Assembly: GCA_964016885.1 (NCBI GenBank) | Contig: OZ024742.1 | Coordinates: 369,148,001-369,212,000 of the forward strand | Reading direction: 5' to 3' | DNA: 64,000 nt | DNA from: Eledone cirrhosa | Taxonomy: Eukaryota | Shown here: one piece after another, positions 19,461-31,745 of the stretch | Position numbering within the stretch: position 1 is the stretch's first letter | How the letters are laid out: every line of letters begins with the position of its first letter | The notes under the pieces: generated by a model | Databases searched by the model: none | What the model was told of the DNA's origin: nothing | Seen by the model: only the letters and a program-made list of their open reading frames with translations | Program-made: the position numbers and the translations under genes

Positions 19461-21070
19461 ATTTCTTTATTAACCACAAGGGTTTACATAAAGTAGACAT
19501 TAAGGACAGTACAGGACAATACAGGACGGTACAAATGGGCATTTCTGCGTGTAAAAAAAACCCCAAAAAACAGAGGATGTAACAAAAAAAGAAACAACAA
19601 AAAATTCCCCAATAAGGGGGAGACTTCCGAGGGACATTCGTGGAGAAAGCCCATTAAAAAAAAAGCCATGGTGACCCTGACCACCAGGGCAAGTGCCCTA
19701 GCCCAGTTTTCCAACTTCAGTTTACAAGCATATACTCAGAGTAGGCTCATTCACACGGGCCATCCATGCCTCTCTCACCCATCTTTCAACAAAATGCTAG
19801 GAAGAGAGCACTTCCCTCTCTACCCTGATTTTCCTTTTCAAATGAAATTTGAAAAAAGTTAATCAGGGCATCACCGAAGAGGTAAGTGCTCGTCTTCAGC
19901 TTTTTCAAACGCGTCCACCAAATTATCTCTTTCGCCATGGCCACCAGACAGATAAAAACTGCCTGCCCTTCCCAGCTAAAGGAAGAGGGCGAGGCAATCC
20001 TCACGATGGATTCAGCTGATAGCCGGATCCGTTCTACATGTTACAGCAGGTGTTCGACATAAACCCACAAGTCAACAATGCTCGGACATTGGACGAGTGC
20101 ATGCAGGATGGTTTCGTCGCCCTGCTCGCATCTCGGACATGCCCGGCTGACGGAACTTCCATGCCTGTAGAGTTTATCCCGAACTGGCAAAGCTCCTCGG
20201 TAGCACTGCCAGGCCAGGGATTTCTGTAAATTGTCCATAGGCCCCGGCCCGAAAGTTCTTCCGAAGAGATTGGCTAGTTGATTTTCGTCGACGCCTAGAG
20301 TTTCTCCAAGTACGTCGTCGCTCTTCTCCTCCACTAATCCTCTATAGAACGCCAAGGTGGAGTTTCCACCGATCACATTGCCCGACTGGACGAGGGCCGT
20401 GAGCGCCTGAAGACATTCCAGTCTCCAAGCGGTCCCTCTCGGTCTTCGCTTGACCCAGGACTGCAGCTCCGTCAAGGAGACGAGCTGGAGAAAGACGCGT
20501 CTAGCAAACGGCGACCACACCTGATCACCGTCGAGGAAGAGGTGGAGATGTCGTAGCCTGAGCGCGTGTCTGCGCATCATCAGCCACGGCATGCCCAGCC
20601 CTCCACGTAGCGGGTGTTGACAGCAGATGGACCGCCTGACCATCAGAGCGCGTCCCTTCCACAAAAGCGAAAGAGCAAACGCTCCATCACAGTCAGGCGA
20701 GGCTTAGGACAAGGCACGACGGTCAGGCGGTAGCAGATGACGGACGTGATGTACGCGTTAGCCACCTCCGCTCGACCTTTCAGGGATAGCTTCCTCTCTG
20801 CCCATTTCTGGGTGAGAGAAGCCACCCTGCTCGTCACCGCGTCCCAGTTTTTGTCCATCTGGAGGTCCGGACCGAACCAGACCCCTAGCAATTTAACCGG
20901 TCCGTCCGTCCAGCGCCCGGCGACGCTGTTGGACGGCATGGACCTGCCTCTCCAGGTGCCGAGCTGCAGGCCCACCGACTTTTCCTGGTTGATCATTGCT
21001 CCTGTCACCGCTTCGTATTCTCTTAGTGTAGTGCCGATCGCCTCGATGTGTTTGGCGTTCGACACCACTA
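19461..21070 (-). mobile_element. Tx1/L1-type LINE, 5'-truncated (end of RT, Zn finger, 3' UTR)
   Basis: ORFs 20643..21098, 20041..20664 and 19786..20004 (-) are homologous to ORF2 at 27100-28400. Ends in aataaagaaatc(att)n. Confidence 0.93.
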
Positions 21071-22292
21071 CGTAAAGGGCCGTAACTCTGTGCCGCAAAG
21101 CATGTTGTCCGAGGCCCTACTGATACTGCTAACCCACAGGCTTACTAGATGACAAAGCAGGTTGTTGGACGCTCTAACGATACTGCCAATCTACTGCCCA
21201 ACAATAACAACAATAATTATTTCTACTATAGGCACAAGGCCAGCAATTTGGTGGAAGGGGAAAGTTGATTAAATCGACCCTCAGTGCATTACTGGTGCTT
21301 TATTTTATCGACCCTGTAAGGATGAAAGGCAAAGCTAACCTTGGCGAGATTTGAACTCAGACCGTAAAGCGCCGTAACTCTCTGTCACTAAGCATGTTGT
21401 CCGACACTCTACCGATACTGCCAATCCACAAGGACCGACATATAAGAGACAATACAATAGACAAGCAGTGCGGGTTTATAATAAAATCTAGTAAAAATAT
21501 ATATATACAACAGATAACAATAAACAACAAAATACATAACAATGAAAATTCCCCAATAGGGGAGTACCAGTCAATAGTAATAATAATAATTGCTTCTACT
21601 TTTGGCACAAGGCCAGCAATTGTCTCAGTACATTACTGGTACTTTATTTTAAGGATGAAAGGCAAAGTTAACCTCGGCGGGATTTGAACTCAGGCCATAA
21701 AGGGTCGTAACTCTTTGCTGCAAAGCATGACGTCAGACCCTCTACCGATACTGCTTCCTAAATATCTGTTATTGGCTACTTGGACCGACAACATTTAGGC
21801 CGTTGCAATTAAACATGGCTGCGAGATTTACATAAAGTGAATAAACAGAAAAAACAGGTAACAACACATTGATAAAATAATTTCTGGTGATAATAATAAT
21901 AACTGTTTCTACTTTTAGCACAAGGCCAGTAATTACCTCAGTGTATTACTGGTGCTTTATTTTATCGACCCCGTAAGGATGAAAGGCAAAGTTAACCTCG
22001 GCGGGATTTGAACTCAGAATGGCAAGGGCCGTAACTCTATGCATCAAATCATGGTGTCCGACCCTCTACCGATACTGCCAATCCACCGCCATAATAATAA
22101 TAATGGTTTCTTATATAGGCACAAGGCCATCAATCTTGGGGGGAGGGGAAAGTCGATTAAATCGACCCCAGTGCGTTACCGGTACTTTATTTTATCGACC
22201 CCGTGAGAATGAAAGACAAAGTTAACCTCGGCGGGATTTGAACTCAGACCGTAAAGGGGCGTAGCTCTATGCTACAAAGCATGGCGTCCGAC
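21071..22292 (-). mobile_element. Head-to-tail cluster of ~5 SINE family A copies, with a Tx1 3'-UTR scrap at ~21430-21565
   Basis: Repeated ggatgaaaggcaaagttaacctcggcgggatttgaactcag separated by (AAT)n. Confidence 0.88.
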
Positions 22293-22307
22293 CATAATAA
22301 TAATAAT

Positions 22308-22820
22308 GATTTCTTTATTAACCACAAAGTGTTCACATCAAGAAAAAACATTGACAGTACAGGACGAAAACTGTGTGTGTGTTGGTGTGTGTGTTGGTGT
22401 GTGTGTTGGCGTGTGGGTTTTGTGTGTAAACAAATTTTAACAATGTTAAGTAAAAAAGATAATAAAATTAAAACAAAGAAGGTTCTTCAATAGGGATGAG
22501 ACGTTTGAGGGTTATTCGTGGACTCCCCCCCCCCCTCATAAAACCCGGATGCTCTGATCTTTAGGGCGAGTGCCCTGTCCCAGTTGTATCCCTCCAATCT
22601 ACGGGCTTATATTCAGAGCGGGACCATTCACTAAGGCCATGCTCACTTTTCTCACCCACCTTTCAACAAATTTCTTTGAAGGCACCACTTTTCTCTCTAC
22701 CCTTATTTTCCTCCTCAAGTGGAATTTGAAGAAGTTATTCAGAGTTTCTCCAAAGAGGAAAGTGCTTGTCTTCAAACCTTTCAAGCGTGTCCACCATATA
22801 ACCTCTTTCACCATGGCCAC
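22308..22820 (-). mobile_element. Tx1/L1-type LINE 3' fragment
   Basis: ORF 22599..22820 MAMVKEVIWWTRLKGLKTSTFL; (AAT)n/(ATT)n flanks. Confidence 0.9.
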
Positions 22821-23046
22821 ATTATTATTATTATTATTATTGGTCTAAGCGGACGTATTTTGCACGCTCCCAGTAAGTCGCTTTATTTGCCTGTTAAAAT
22901 TATTTGTTGTTAAATATTTCTTGTTGTGTAAGGGATATAAGCCCTTAGACTTTTCCCCGTGAAGGGGAAAGTATAATATTTGGGCGTTTTGGCCCAAATA
23001 TTTGAACTTTTTTTACATGTTAAAAATTTACGAAGAAAAAAAAAAC

Positions 23047-24998
23047 ATGGCTGAGCCACGCCCCCCGGCGATATGTCGGCTGTCGTGCGACAACGACGTA
23101 GAAGTTGAGAGGAGCGCTACAGCGAAATTAACACACATTGATAACACAAACACCACCACAAACGAGGTAAACAAAGACACTAATGATACCAATGAGAACT
23201 CTAATTTTGAAAGAAATGACAGTAACAGCGACAACGAAACTACAGATAACAAAAAAAATAACAAATACAACAACAATATCAACACCACTAACATGAAAAC
23301 AAATAGCAACAACACCAACAGCAACAATACCAACTGCACCGAGAACAACGGTGACAACAAAGACAACAATGATAACAGCGACAGTGCTAACAACAACACC
23401 AACAAGAACAACGACAACAACACCCCCAACGAAAACAAGAACACTTTCGCTGCGGCAGCAGCAAAAAAGAGGCCATGCTTCAACATGGACCTCTCAAACA
23501 AAGATGAAAAGTTGGCCCAGGCATGGAAGCTCATCAAGCAAGAGCAAACCTGGGCCAACTTAACTGTCCCGGTAGAAGCTATTGAGGCAGTGGAGCACAG
23601 AACGGTGCATTATAGATACATCTCAGCACAAACCAAAAGGGCAGCTTTAATCCCACAAGAAGATGTCGAAGTCGCGCTGAGGTGCATCAGAGAAGACACC
23701 CAGTACATAGAGAGGAGCAGACAGTACGGCACCATTTCGGTGCTGTTCAAGTCAGAAGCCCTCGCTATGAAACACGTTATGACTCCTTGCAAAACCAGCA
23801 AGGTCATAATTCCCACATTGGAAAAAGAACGGCCCGTCTCCGCATTCCCAGAATCCCACCAGGACTTGACATGTGATGGCTTCTGGGGTGTGTGATTGTG
23901 GAGGGGACGGATACCGTCCCTAGAGAAGTGATCAGAACGGCCAGAGAGGACTGGTCAGGGGTTGACCTGGAGATCCTTCTCCAGATCAGGCTCGAGAATG
24001 TGAAGACAATCCCGGACCACATCCGCCTTCAGAATGGGACGGTCATTCATATTATGACCGAAGGCAAAAGGCCGCAGTGTTTTGTTTGTGGGGAAAAAAA
24101 CCCATTTGCGAGCCTTCTTCCCTCAACTGCTGAAAGAGGCAAGGGGTCGAAAGGCTCCACTGCTGCCGACGCCGGGGCGAGGACTACAACCAACACCAGC
24201 ACCGGCAAAACCACCAACAACAACACCAATAGAAAGACCACCGCCAACATTGACCACCCAGGGGGGAAACGAGGAAAGCTGTCAAATTCCCCCTCCCCCC
24301 AAAAATACACACACCAATAAAACCATAAACATACATACAGACACACTTACAGACACAGACCTCTCATCTACCAGTAGTGAAAATGAGGGAAAACCAAAAT
24401 CCCCCAAAATACAAAACAGGAAACACAAAAAGAAAAAAAAAAATCAACAAAGCACAAAAGCACGCACAATAAAAAACGCAGACACCACCCACGCAAACAT
24501 CTCTCCAATAACACCAACATCAACACCACCATCACCAGAATCCCCCAAACAACCGAAACAGACGCAAGAACCATCACACAAACATCTGAAACTACAGACA
24601 CCGCATTCACAACAAACACAGATACAACCGAAACAACACCACCAAAACCATCACCACCACAGCCACGCAAACAAATAAAATCACACCAACAAAACATACA
24701 AAACTTCGTGCTCGTAAGGAGAGCCAACAAGGAACTGATGGCCCTCGTAGTACGAAGTGAAAATATACAAAAAGAGGGGGTAATTTTTAAATCGAGCACA
24801 TTTCGCGTGCCGAAAGATTTGGTTCTGGTGCGAATGTCGCTCGACATATTCAAAGAAATACGAGACAGCTTTCCTCGGGACGTGGGAACCCCGAACGTAG
24901 AACCCACTTCAAGACTTTTAGAGGGGTTCCCAAAAGAAACACAACTAACTATGGAGGTCGAACAACCCGACCTTCACAAGAGCCCGGAAGGTAAATAA
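23047..24998 (+). pseudogene. LINE ORF1 (gag-like, Zn knuckle), frameshifted
   Basis: MAEPRPP.. N/T-rich region, TFAAAAAKK, and PQCFVCGEK-THLRAF knuckle split over ORFs 23002, 23892, 24082 and 24708. Confidence 0.8.
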
Positions 24999-25029
24999 AC
25001 CTTCCTCTCTCTCTGTTTAACCTGCCAAC

Positions 25030-28000
25030 ATGGCCGTATTAAGAGTAGGATGTTTAAATGTTCGAGGCCTGGGATCGTCCTAGAAGCAGGGTCGCCTGCT
25101 CAACGACCTCAGGTCTATAGAAATGGATGTAATTGCAGCCAGCGAGACCAGGATTTCCGACACGCGCGCACTAGCCCCCATTTTCGACGACTATCAGATC
25201 TTTGCACCTGTTATCCGGCCGGAAATAGGAGGCGGGGTGGCAGTGCTGTTTAGGAAAGGTCTGGATCTCGAGGGAAGGTCGATCTTCTGGGACCCGGACA
25301 AGAAGTTGGTGGTCCTGGACATGAACAATAACGAAGGTGGTGCCTTTAGACTTGTGGCCGTCTATGCTCCTACTGGGGCAGGACGGCCGGACTTCTTTAG
25401 ACGCCTGGAAGCCTTTCTGGGTACGTCTCGCCCTTTACTGTTAGCAGGGGACTGGAACGGCATCTTAGACGCACGCTGGGACTGTGTGGGAGAATCCGAT
25501 AGGAGCGGGCGGTGCAAAAGCCTCAAGAACCTGATCAGTCAGTTCCAACTGTCTGACAGGTACCGACTAGATTTCCCTAATGCGCCAGTGTGGACCTGGG
25601 CTAACCGCATAGGGTCATCTAGATCGTATATAGACAGGATATTCATTAGGAAAATAGACAGAAACAGTGTAAGCTGTCCACGTTTTGAAACGGTAGCCTA
25701 TTCAGATCACAAGTTTGTGATCTGTCTGGTCGACCTAGATAAGACGCGTAGGTTAGGACCTGGTTACTGGAAGCTAAACATGTCATTTCCGGTACGTAAG
25801 GCTTACAGGGACCAGGTCAACAATTTAGTTAAGAAAAAGTTGACAGGGGGAGTCGTCAACAATAGATGGTGGGGGGCTCTCAAAAGAGAGATTAGAGTAA
25901 TGTCGATAGAGTTTAGCAAAGAAGTAGCGTTAGAGAAAAATAGAAAGGCGGGGGAGTTGGTAGATAAGTTAGACGAGGCTATTGGTAGTGGCATTGCAAC
26001 TGACGTGCTAGCGGCGAGAATGGCATTAGACCATTTCTTCAATGCGAAACACGAAGGTTGCATTGTCAGAGCTAAGGCGCGTGCTCTGAGAAACGAGGGA
26101 ACCAAAGCTGTTCGATGGGCCCGCGTGACAGAGGCGCAGCGTAGTAATAAAACCATGATTCGGTCTTTGACGGACCGAGACGGGCACGAGTTGAGCGATT
26201 CCAAGAGGATGTGTGAGGCCTTTCGCCAACATTTTGCTCGGTTGTTCGGGGGAAGTGGCGGGTCAGAGATGGTGGCGGACTTCAGTCCCTACCTCGATGG
26301 CATGCCGCAACTCTCAACGGCTGACGCCGAGCGCTGCGAAAGGCCAATTACTTCAGCCGAGATTCAGGATGCCCTTGTCGGCTGCATGAGGCGCAAGTCA
26401 CCCGGTTTGGATGGTCTGCCCTACGAGCTTTATATAAATATGCCAGACTTGTTCTCCAATTTCCTCGAAGCCCTCTACTGCAAGTGGCTGCAAAACGGGA
26501 GTATTCCCAGTTCTGTGAGCCGAGGCGTAGTGACGCTGATAAGGAAAGACGAGGACAAGAGGGACACATTAGACAATTTCAGGCCCATAACTCTGCTCAA
26601 CACAGAGTTTAAGGTTTTGGCCAGGGTGTTAGCGAAGAGGTTAGCGCTTGTCGTCGGGGATTTGGTTTGGGAAGCGCAAACTTGCGCAATCCCAACCAGG
26701 TCCATACACGACAACCTCCACCTAATGCGATACATCATAGAGAGGGTAGGGTGTAAACTTGGCATCGGTGGGGCTCTGATCAATTTAGATCAATCGAAAG
26801 CATTCGATAGGGTCGACCATCGGTACCTGGAGGCTGTCCTCAAGGCGGCTGGCTTCGGCTCCGTCTTCAGAAGCTGGATCGTTGCAATGTACAGCGGCAC
26901 CTGCTCGATGGTCAAAATTAATGGCCACCTCTCGGAACCGTTTCAGGTCTCCCGATCGGTCCGTCAAGGGTGCCCTCTCTCCTCCCTTCTGTACGTATTG
27001 ACTCTCGAGCCTTTACTGCGGAAGCTGGAGCTGTTGCAGGGAATCCCGCTCGAACCGGGACGCAGAAAGGCTGTGTCGGCTTATGCGGATGACATGACCG
27101 TTATGGTGTCGGACACCTCAGAAATCGAGGTGGTCGGCAACTTATTGGAGGAATATGAAAAGTTGACGGGAGCAAAACTTAACCCGGAAAAGTAAGTGGG
27201 CTTGCAACTCGGCACCTGGAGAGGCAAGTCCATGCCGTCCAACAGCGTCGTTAGGCGCTGGACGGACGGACCGGTAAAGTTGCTAGGGGTTTGGTTCGGG
27301 CCAGACCTCCAGGTGGATAAGAATTGGGACGAGGTGACGGGCAGGGTAGCCAGTCTCACCCAGAAATGGGCTGGGATGAAGCTATCACTGAAAGGTCGGG
27401 CGGAGGTGGCGAACGCATACATCGCGTCCGTCATCTACTACCGTCTGACCGTCGTCCCTTGCCCCCGTTCGCGCCTCGCCATCTTGGAGCGGCTCCTCTT
27501 CAAATTCTTGTGGAGGGGTCAGGTTCCGCTGGTGAGGCGGTCCATCTGCTGCCAACACCCTCTACGTGGAGGGCTGGGCATGCCGTGGATAATGATGCGC
27601 AGGCACGCGCTGAGGCTGCGGCATCTCCAGATATTCTGCCTAAACGGTGAACAGGTGTGGTCGCCGTTTGTCAGACGGGCCTTTCCGCAGCTCGTTTCTT
27701 TGACTGCGCTGCAGTCCTGGGTCAAGAAGAGACCGAGACTGGGTGACTGGCATCTGGAATGTTGCCAGGCACTCACTGCCCTCTACCAGGCGGGCAATGC
27801 GGTCAGTGGAACTTCCACTCTCGAGTTCTATAGAGGATTAGTGGTGGGAAAGTGCGACGACGCACTCGGAGAGGCTCTGAGAGTCAACGAAGTCGAACTA
27901 ACCAGTCTGTACCGGAGGGCTTTCGAGCCAGAGACGATGGATAATGGGGGGGGGGGCACTGCCGGTTCGAGATAAACTCTACAGGCACGGAAGTGCAGAC

Positions 28001-28410
28001 GGACCTGCCCGAGATGCGCGCAGAGCGACGAAACCGTTCTGCACGCACTCGTCCAGTGTCCGTGCATTACTGACTTGTGGAGTTATGTTGAACAGCTGTT
28101 GTCGCGTGTAGAACGGATTCGGCCGAGTCCATAGTGAAGGTCGACCCGCCGCCTTCTTTTTGCCAGGAAGGGCAGGCAATTTTCCTGTCTGGTGGCAGTA
28201 GAGCGAAAGAGGTGGTATGGTGGACGAGGTTGAAAGGACTGAAGACAGACACTTTCTCTTCGGCCATCCCTCATCAACTTTTTCAAGTTTTACTTGGAAA
28301 GGAAGGTGAGGGTGGAGAGAGAAGTGCTGCCCCTCAGTACATTTGCTAAAAGGTGGGTGAATGTGGCGAGAATGGCCCGTGTGAGTGGGCCTACTCTGGT
28401 CATGCGGCTG
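25030..28410 (+). pseudogene. LINE ORF2: AP endonuclease + reverse transcriptase + C-terminal Zn finger
   Basis: MAVLRVGCLNVRGL; SETR, GDWN, SDH (APE); KSPGLDG, RPITLLN, LDQSKAFD, RQGCPLS, YADD (RT); CPRC..HALVQC. Stops at 25081 and 27193, with frameshifts after ~27945. Confidence 0.93.
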
Positions 28411-28676
28411 TTGGTAGGTAAATTTGAGGAGGAGAGGGGTGCCCTTCTAGGATGCTCTCGAAGCATCGAGTCGTTAAGGACTGGTGGGGTACCTGAGCGA
28501 ACCCTAGGTGGTCATCCCCCCTATTGGGGAATTTTTCTTGTTGTAATTTTATTGTTACTTTATTGTTACTTTGTTATTGTGATTCATATTGTTTACTCGA
28601 TTTTTCTGTAAAACCCCACTGTCCCAGTCTTTTGTATTGTCCCCTATATGTCGGTCCTTGTGGCCAATAAATGAAA

Positions 28677-28714
<38 letters not shown>

Positions 28715-28715
<1 letters not shown>

Positions 28716-28900
28716 GGGCGGTGGATTGGCAGTATCGGTAGAGGGTCGGACGCCATGCTTTCCAGCATAGTTACGTCCCTTTACGATCTGAGTTCAAATC
28801 CCGCCAAGGTTGACTTTGCCTTTTATCCTTACGGGGTCGATAAAATAAAGTACCAGTAATGCACTGGGTAATTGCTGGCCTATGCCTAAAGTAGAAACAA
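28715..28900 (+). mobile_element. Full SINE family A
   Basis: ggcggtggattggcagtatcggtag..gagttcaaatcccgcc..gtagaaacaatt(att)n. Confidence 0.9.
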
Positions 28901-29495
28901 TTATTATTATTATTATCATTTATTTATTTATTTTTATTTGCAACAGGGGCCAACAAATAATAATAATAATAACATTGATGATGATGATAATGAGACATAA
29001 TTAAACAACAATAGGCTAATAACTAAAGTGAAAGTAGAAAGTGAAAGTAGAAAAGAATGTATGAAAGAAAGTAGAAAAGAAGATAGGTGAATAATAATAA
29101 TCAATAGTAAATGTCAGTTGATAAGATAGGAAAAGGTGAAGACAGAGCAAAGGTAAAGAACGGTAACTGTGGTGGGAATATCATAATAAAGTGAAGGAGG
29201 AAGGGAGAGAGAAGGTTGAGTAAGAGGAGGTAATTGCCGCTTGAAGTAAACAACAAGAGGAAGGCATACAGTAATATTCACTGTAGTAAAGTACACATAG
29301 TATGTAGTAGTATATCTTATAGAGAGTATATAGAACATGTAGGCGGTGAATTGACAGAGTTATCCAAACGTCCGAAAGAATGCTTCGCGTATCCGCAGTA
29401 TGCGTTCTGAGTTCAAATCCCACTGAAATCAACATCGCTTTTCATACATTAAATAGGTCGATACAAAAGTACAATCGGTAGTTCCTCATCTCTCG

Positions 29496-29541
<46 letters not shown>

Positions 29542-29643
29542 CATGATATATATATATGGGGGGGGGGGTGTACGCGTTCAAACAGACATGTAAACAAACA
29601 TAATCACTATTACTTCTGTTAACACACGTATACGCACGCACAT

Positions 29644-29676
<33 letters not shown>

Positions 29677-29679
<3 letters not shown>

Positions 29680-29746
29680 ACAGCAGTGACATATACCGGT
29701 ACTTAAGTTTCGTTGGGTTATACAGCCCAACTCATTCATCCTGTTA

Positions 29747-29748
<2 letters not shown>
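29677..29748 (-). ncRNA. Degenerate hammerhead-like motif in a 72-bp island within (TA)n
   Basis: Minus strand: gg AUGAAUGA guuggg-cuguauaa-cccaac GAAAC uuaa GUA^cc. Perfect 6-bp stem II, palindromic loop III, altered CUGANGA box. Island ends gtaacag/ctgttac are inverted. Confidence 0.5.
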
Positions 29749-29791
<43 letters not shown>

Positions 29792-29793
<2 letters not shown>

Positions 29794-29987
29794 CGAAGGA
29801 AATGTGGTAAGGAACCAGATGGACCATAACGCACCAAAGTACTCAATACTTAGGGTAGTAGAGTGGGTAATAGGAACGAGTAGGACCCCGACGGCTGAGC
29901 TCAAGCCGTTTCGACGGCTAATTCTGGACCGTCCAGAATTAGCCGTCGAAACGGCTTGAGCTCAGCCGCTGGGGTCCTACTCGTTCC
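29792..29987 (-). mobile_element. (TA)n-docked palindromic short element, copy 3
   Basis: 60-bp arms 29870-29929 / 29931-29990 with 2 mismatches and a 1-nt loop, plus the conserved tail. Confidence 0.9.
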
Positions 29988-30128
29988 TATATATATATAT
30001 ATATATATATATAGGTAAAGGGTTAAAGTGAAAAAGCACAGAGGTATAATTAAAGATTATTTTTGATTTAATTCGACAGAATAAATATTTATATATGTAA
30101 TGGTTACATTTAATAAATTTGAGTTTAA

Positions 30129-30347
30129 TCAAATATTAACTGTTTCCATTGGGGAGTCAAACTCATCAAACAATAAAATGTTTGTCCTCATATTCTGTGG
30201 GCAGTTAGAACATATGGGAATTTTCTCTCGAAATCTCTTCTCATATATGTTCTTTATGAAGATGGGTGTGGAGTTCAACAGGTCAGGATTCAATTGATCC
30301 ACTAGAAAATTCTCTTCATTTAATTGAAGGTCCAGGTGGTATTTTGT

Positions 30348-30353
<6 letters not shown>
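30129..30353 (-). pseudogene. Possible sirtuin (Sir2-family) Zn-ribbon coding fragment
   Basis: My translation gives an open 74-codon frame CTTKYHLDLQLNEENFLV...KIPICSNCPQNMRTNILLFDEF. This resembles the sirtuin P-x-C-x2-C-x3-4-RPNILxFxE motif. No other sirtuin motifs found. Confidence 0.4.
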
Positions 30354-30389
<36 letters not shown>

Positions 30390-30483
30390 ACCTCGGTGCC
30401 AAAGAAAGAGGTTCTTTCGCAATGAAACGAAACGAAAAAAAAAAATGTTTCTCCATTTTCCTCTGTGAATATCACACAGAGCT

Positions 30484-30568
30484 GCCAGTATGTTCTGAGA
30501 ATGTCAGACAGTACTGTTTCAAGGTTTGTTAATCTTTCATCAGTGACACTCACTCAGAACATACTAGC
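30484..30568 (-). ncRNA. Canonical type I hammerhead ribozyme with extended stem I
   Basis: Minus strand: gcuaguauguucugag-ug-aguguca CUGAUGA aag-auuaacaaac-cuu GAAAC aguacu GUC^ugacauu-cucagaacauacuggc. Predicted cut between 30507 and 30506. Confidence 0.85.
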
Positions 30569-30834
30569 ATGACTATAGTCTATATAGAATTTTGCTTGAT
30601 GATCACTTGCTGGAGATGTTCATTTGCATATAGCAAATGGAAAACATCGGCTGGAAATGGTTATTTCATATAGTATGAGCTTGGCTGGTTACATATAATT
30701 GGCGGTAGCACTGAGACAGTATTGAAGTATAAGAGAGGTGTATATGAAAACATATAAATATACATAATACAATAAACATATATGTTTTCATATACACCTC
30801 TCCCTCCCTCTCTCTCTCTCTATATATATATATA

Positions 30835-30872
<38 letters not shown>

Positions 30873-30873
<1 letters not shown>

Positions 30874-31040
30874 ATTGTTTCTACTTTAGGCACAAGGCCA
30901 GTACATTACTGGTACTTTATTTTATCGGCCACGTAAGGATGAAAGGCAAAGTTAACCTCGGCGGGATTTGAACTCAGACTGTAAAGGGACGTAACTATGC
31001 TAGAAAGCAAGGCGTCCAACCCTCTACCGATACTGCCAGT
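30873..31040 (-). mobile_element. SINE family A
   Basis: Reverse complement of the 28715 copy. Confidence 0.88.
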
Positions 31041-31213
31041 AATAATAATAAATTTGAAGACTAAAATCCAAAGAGGGCTCGATAAGGATAAATATATATC
31101 CGATATATAAGATACATATAGTGTGTTAGTGTACACAGAATAGTTATTATATCATATTATAATATGGAATACTCATTAAAACATGTTTGTCAATACCTTA
31201 ATTATTGATAGGC

Positions 31214-31251
<38 letters not shown>

Positions 31252-31745
31252 ACACGGAACTACTTCCAATACGTCATAGTGTTGACCCTCAATTGTAGCT
31301 AGTATTCATTTCCAGTTGTATGTACTGGAGTCATCCTGTCTGGAAATTGAACCCAAACACTTCTAACCATTAAACCACACGCCTTAAAAACTACTGTATT
31401 TCCTTCAAATCCTACTTTACTGTATTTATAATTAGTATAAAGGTAGGTCATATTACCTGCTTTAGTCATAAATGCGACGTGATACTCATGGCTGGTATGC
31501 TTCAGATCAAGTTGGACCTGGTGTTAAACAATCAAACATGTAAGATCACATTGATTATTTCGTCATTTAGAGCTTGCTTTCAACCCTGCTTTATTCAGTC
31601 ATGCCTGTGTTGTCATAGAGTTTGCTTCATAACAACGTGATTTCGTGTTCAACTCCACTGCTTGGCACCTTATGCTCAGGTTGATCGTCACCGTGTGAGT
31701 GAAAGTTGGTAGCAGGAAATTGTGTGAAAACTCAGTTGCGTGTGT

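Larger units (their letters stand above)
22842..28678 (+). mobile_element. Full-length Tx1/L1-clade non-LTR retrotransposon (disabled)
   Basis: 5' UTR ggtctaagcggacgtattttgcacgctcc; ORF1; ORF2 (APE-RT-Zn finger); 3' aataaatgaaatc; (ATT)n on both sides. Confidence 0.95.

Noticed and set aside
23028-27776. Antisense ORFs over the Tx1 LINE (also over the RTE and CR1)
   Set aside because: Shadow frames of the sense-strand retroelement genes.
28715-28810. tRNA genes at A/B-box heads (also 8860 and 32610)
   Set aside because: They continue into SINE bodies and recur as diverged copies, so they are SINE heads.
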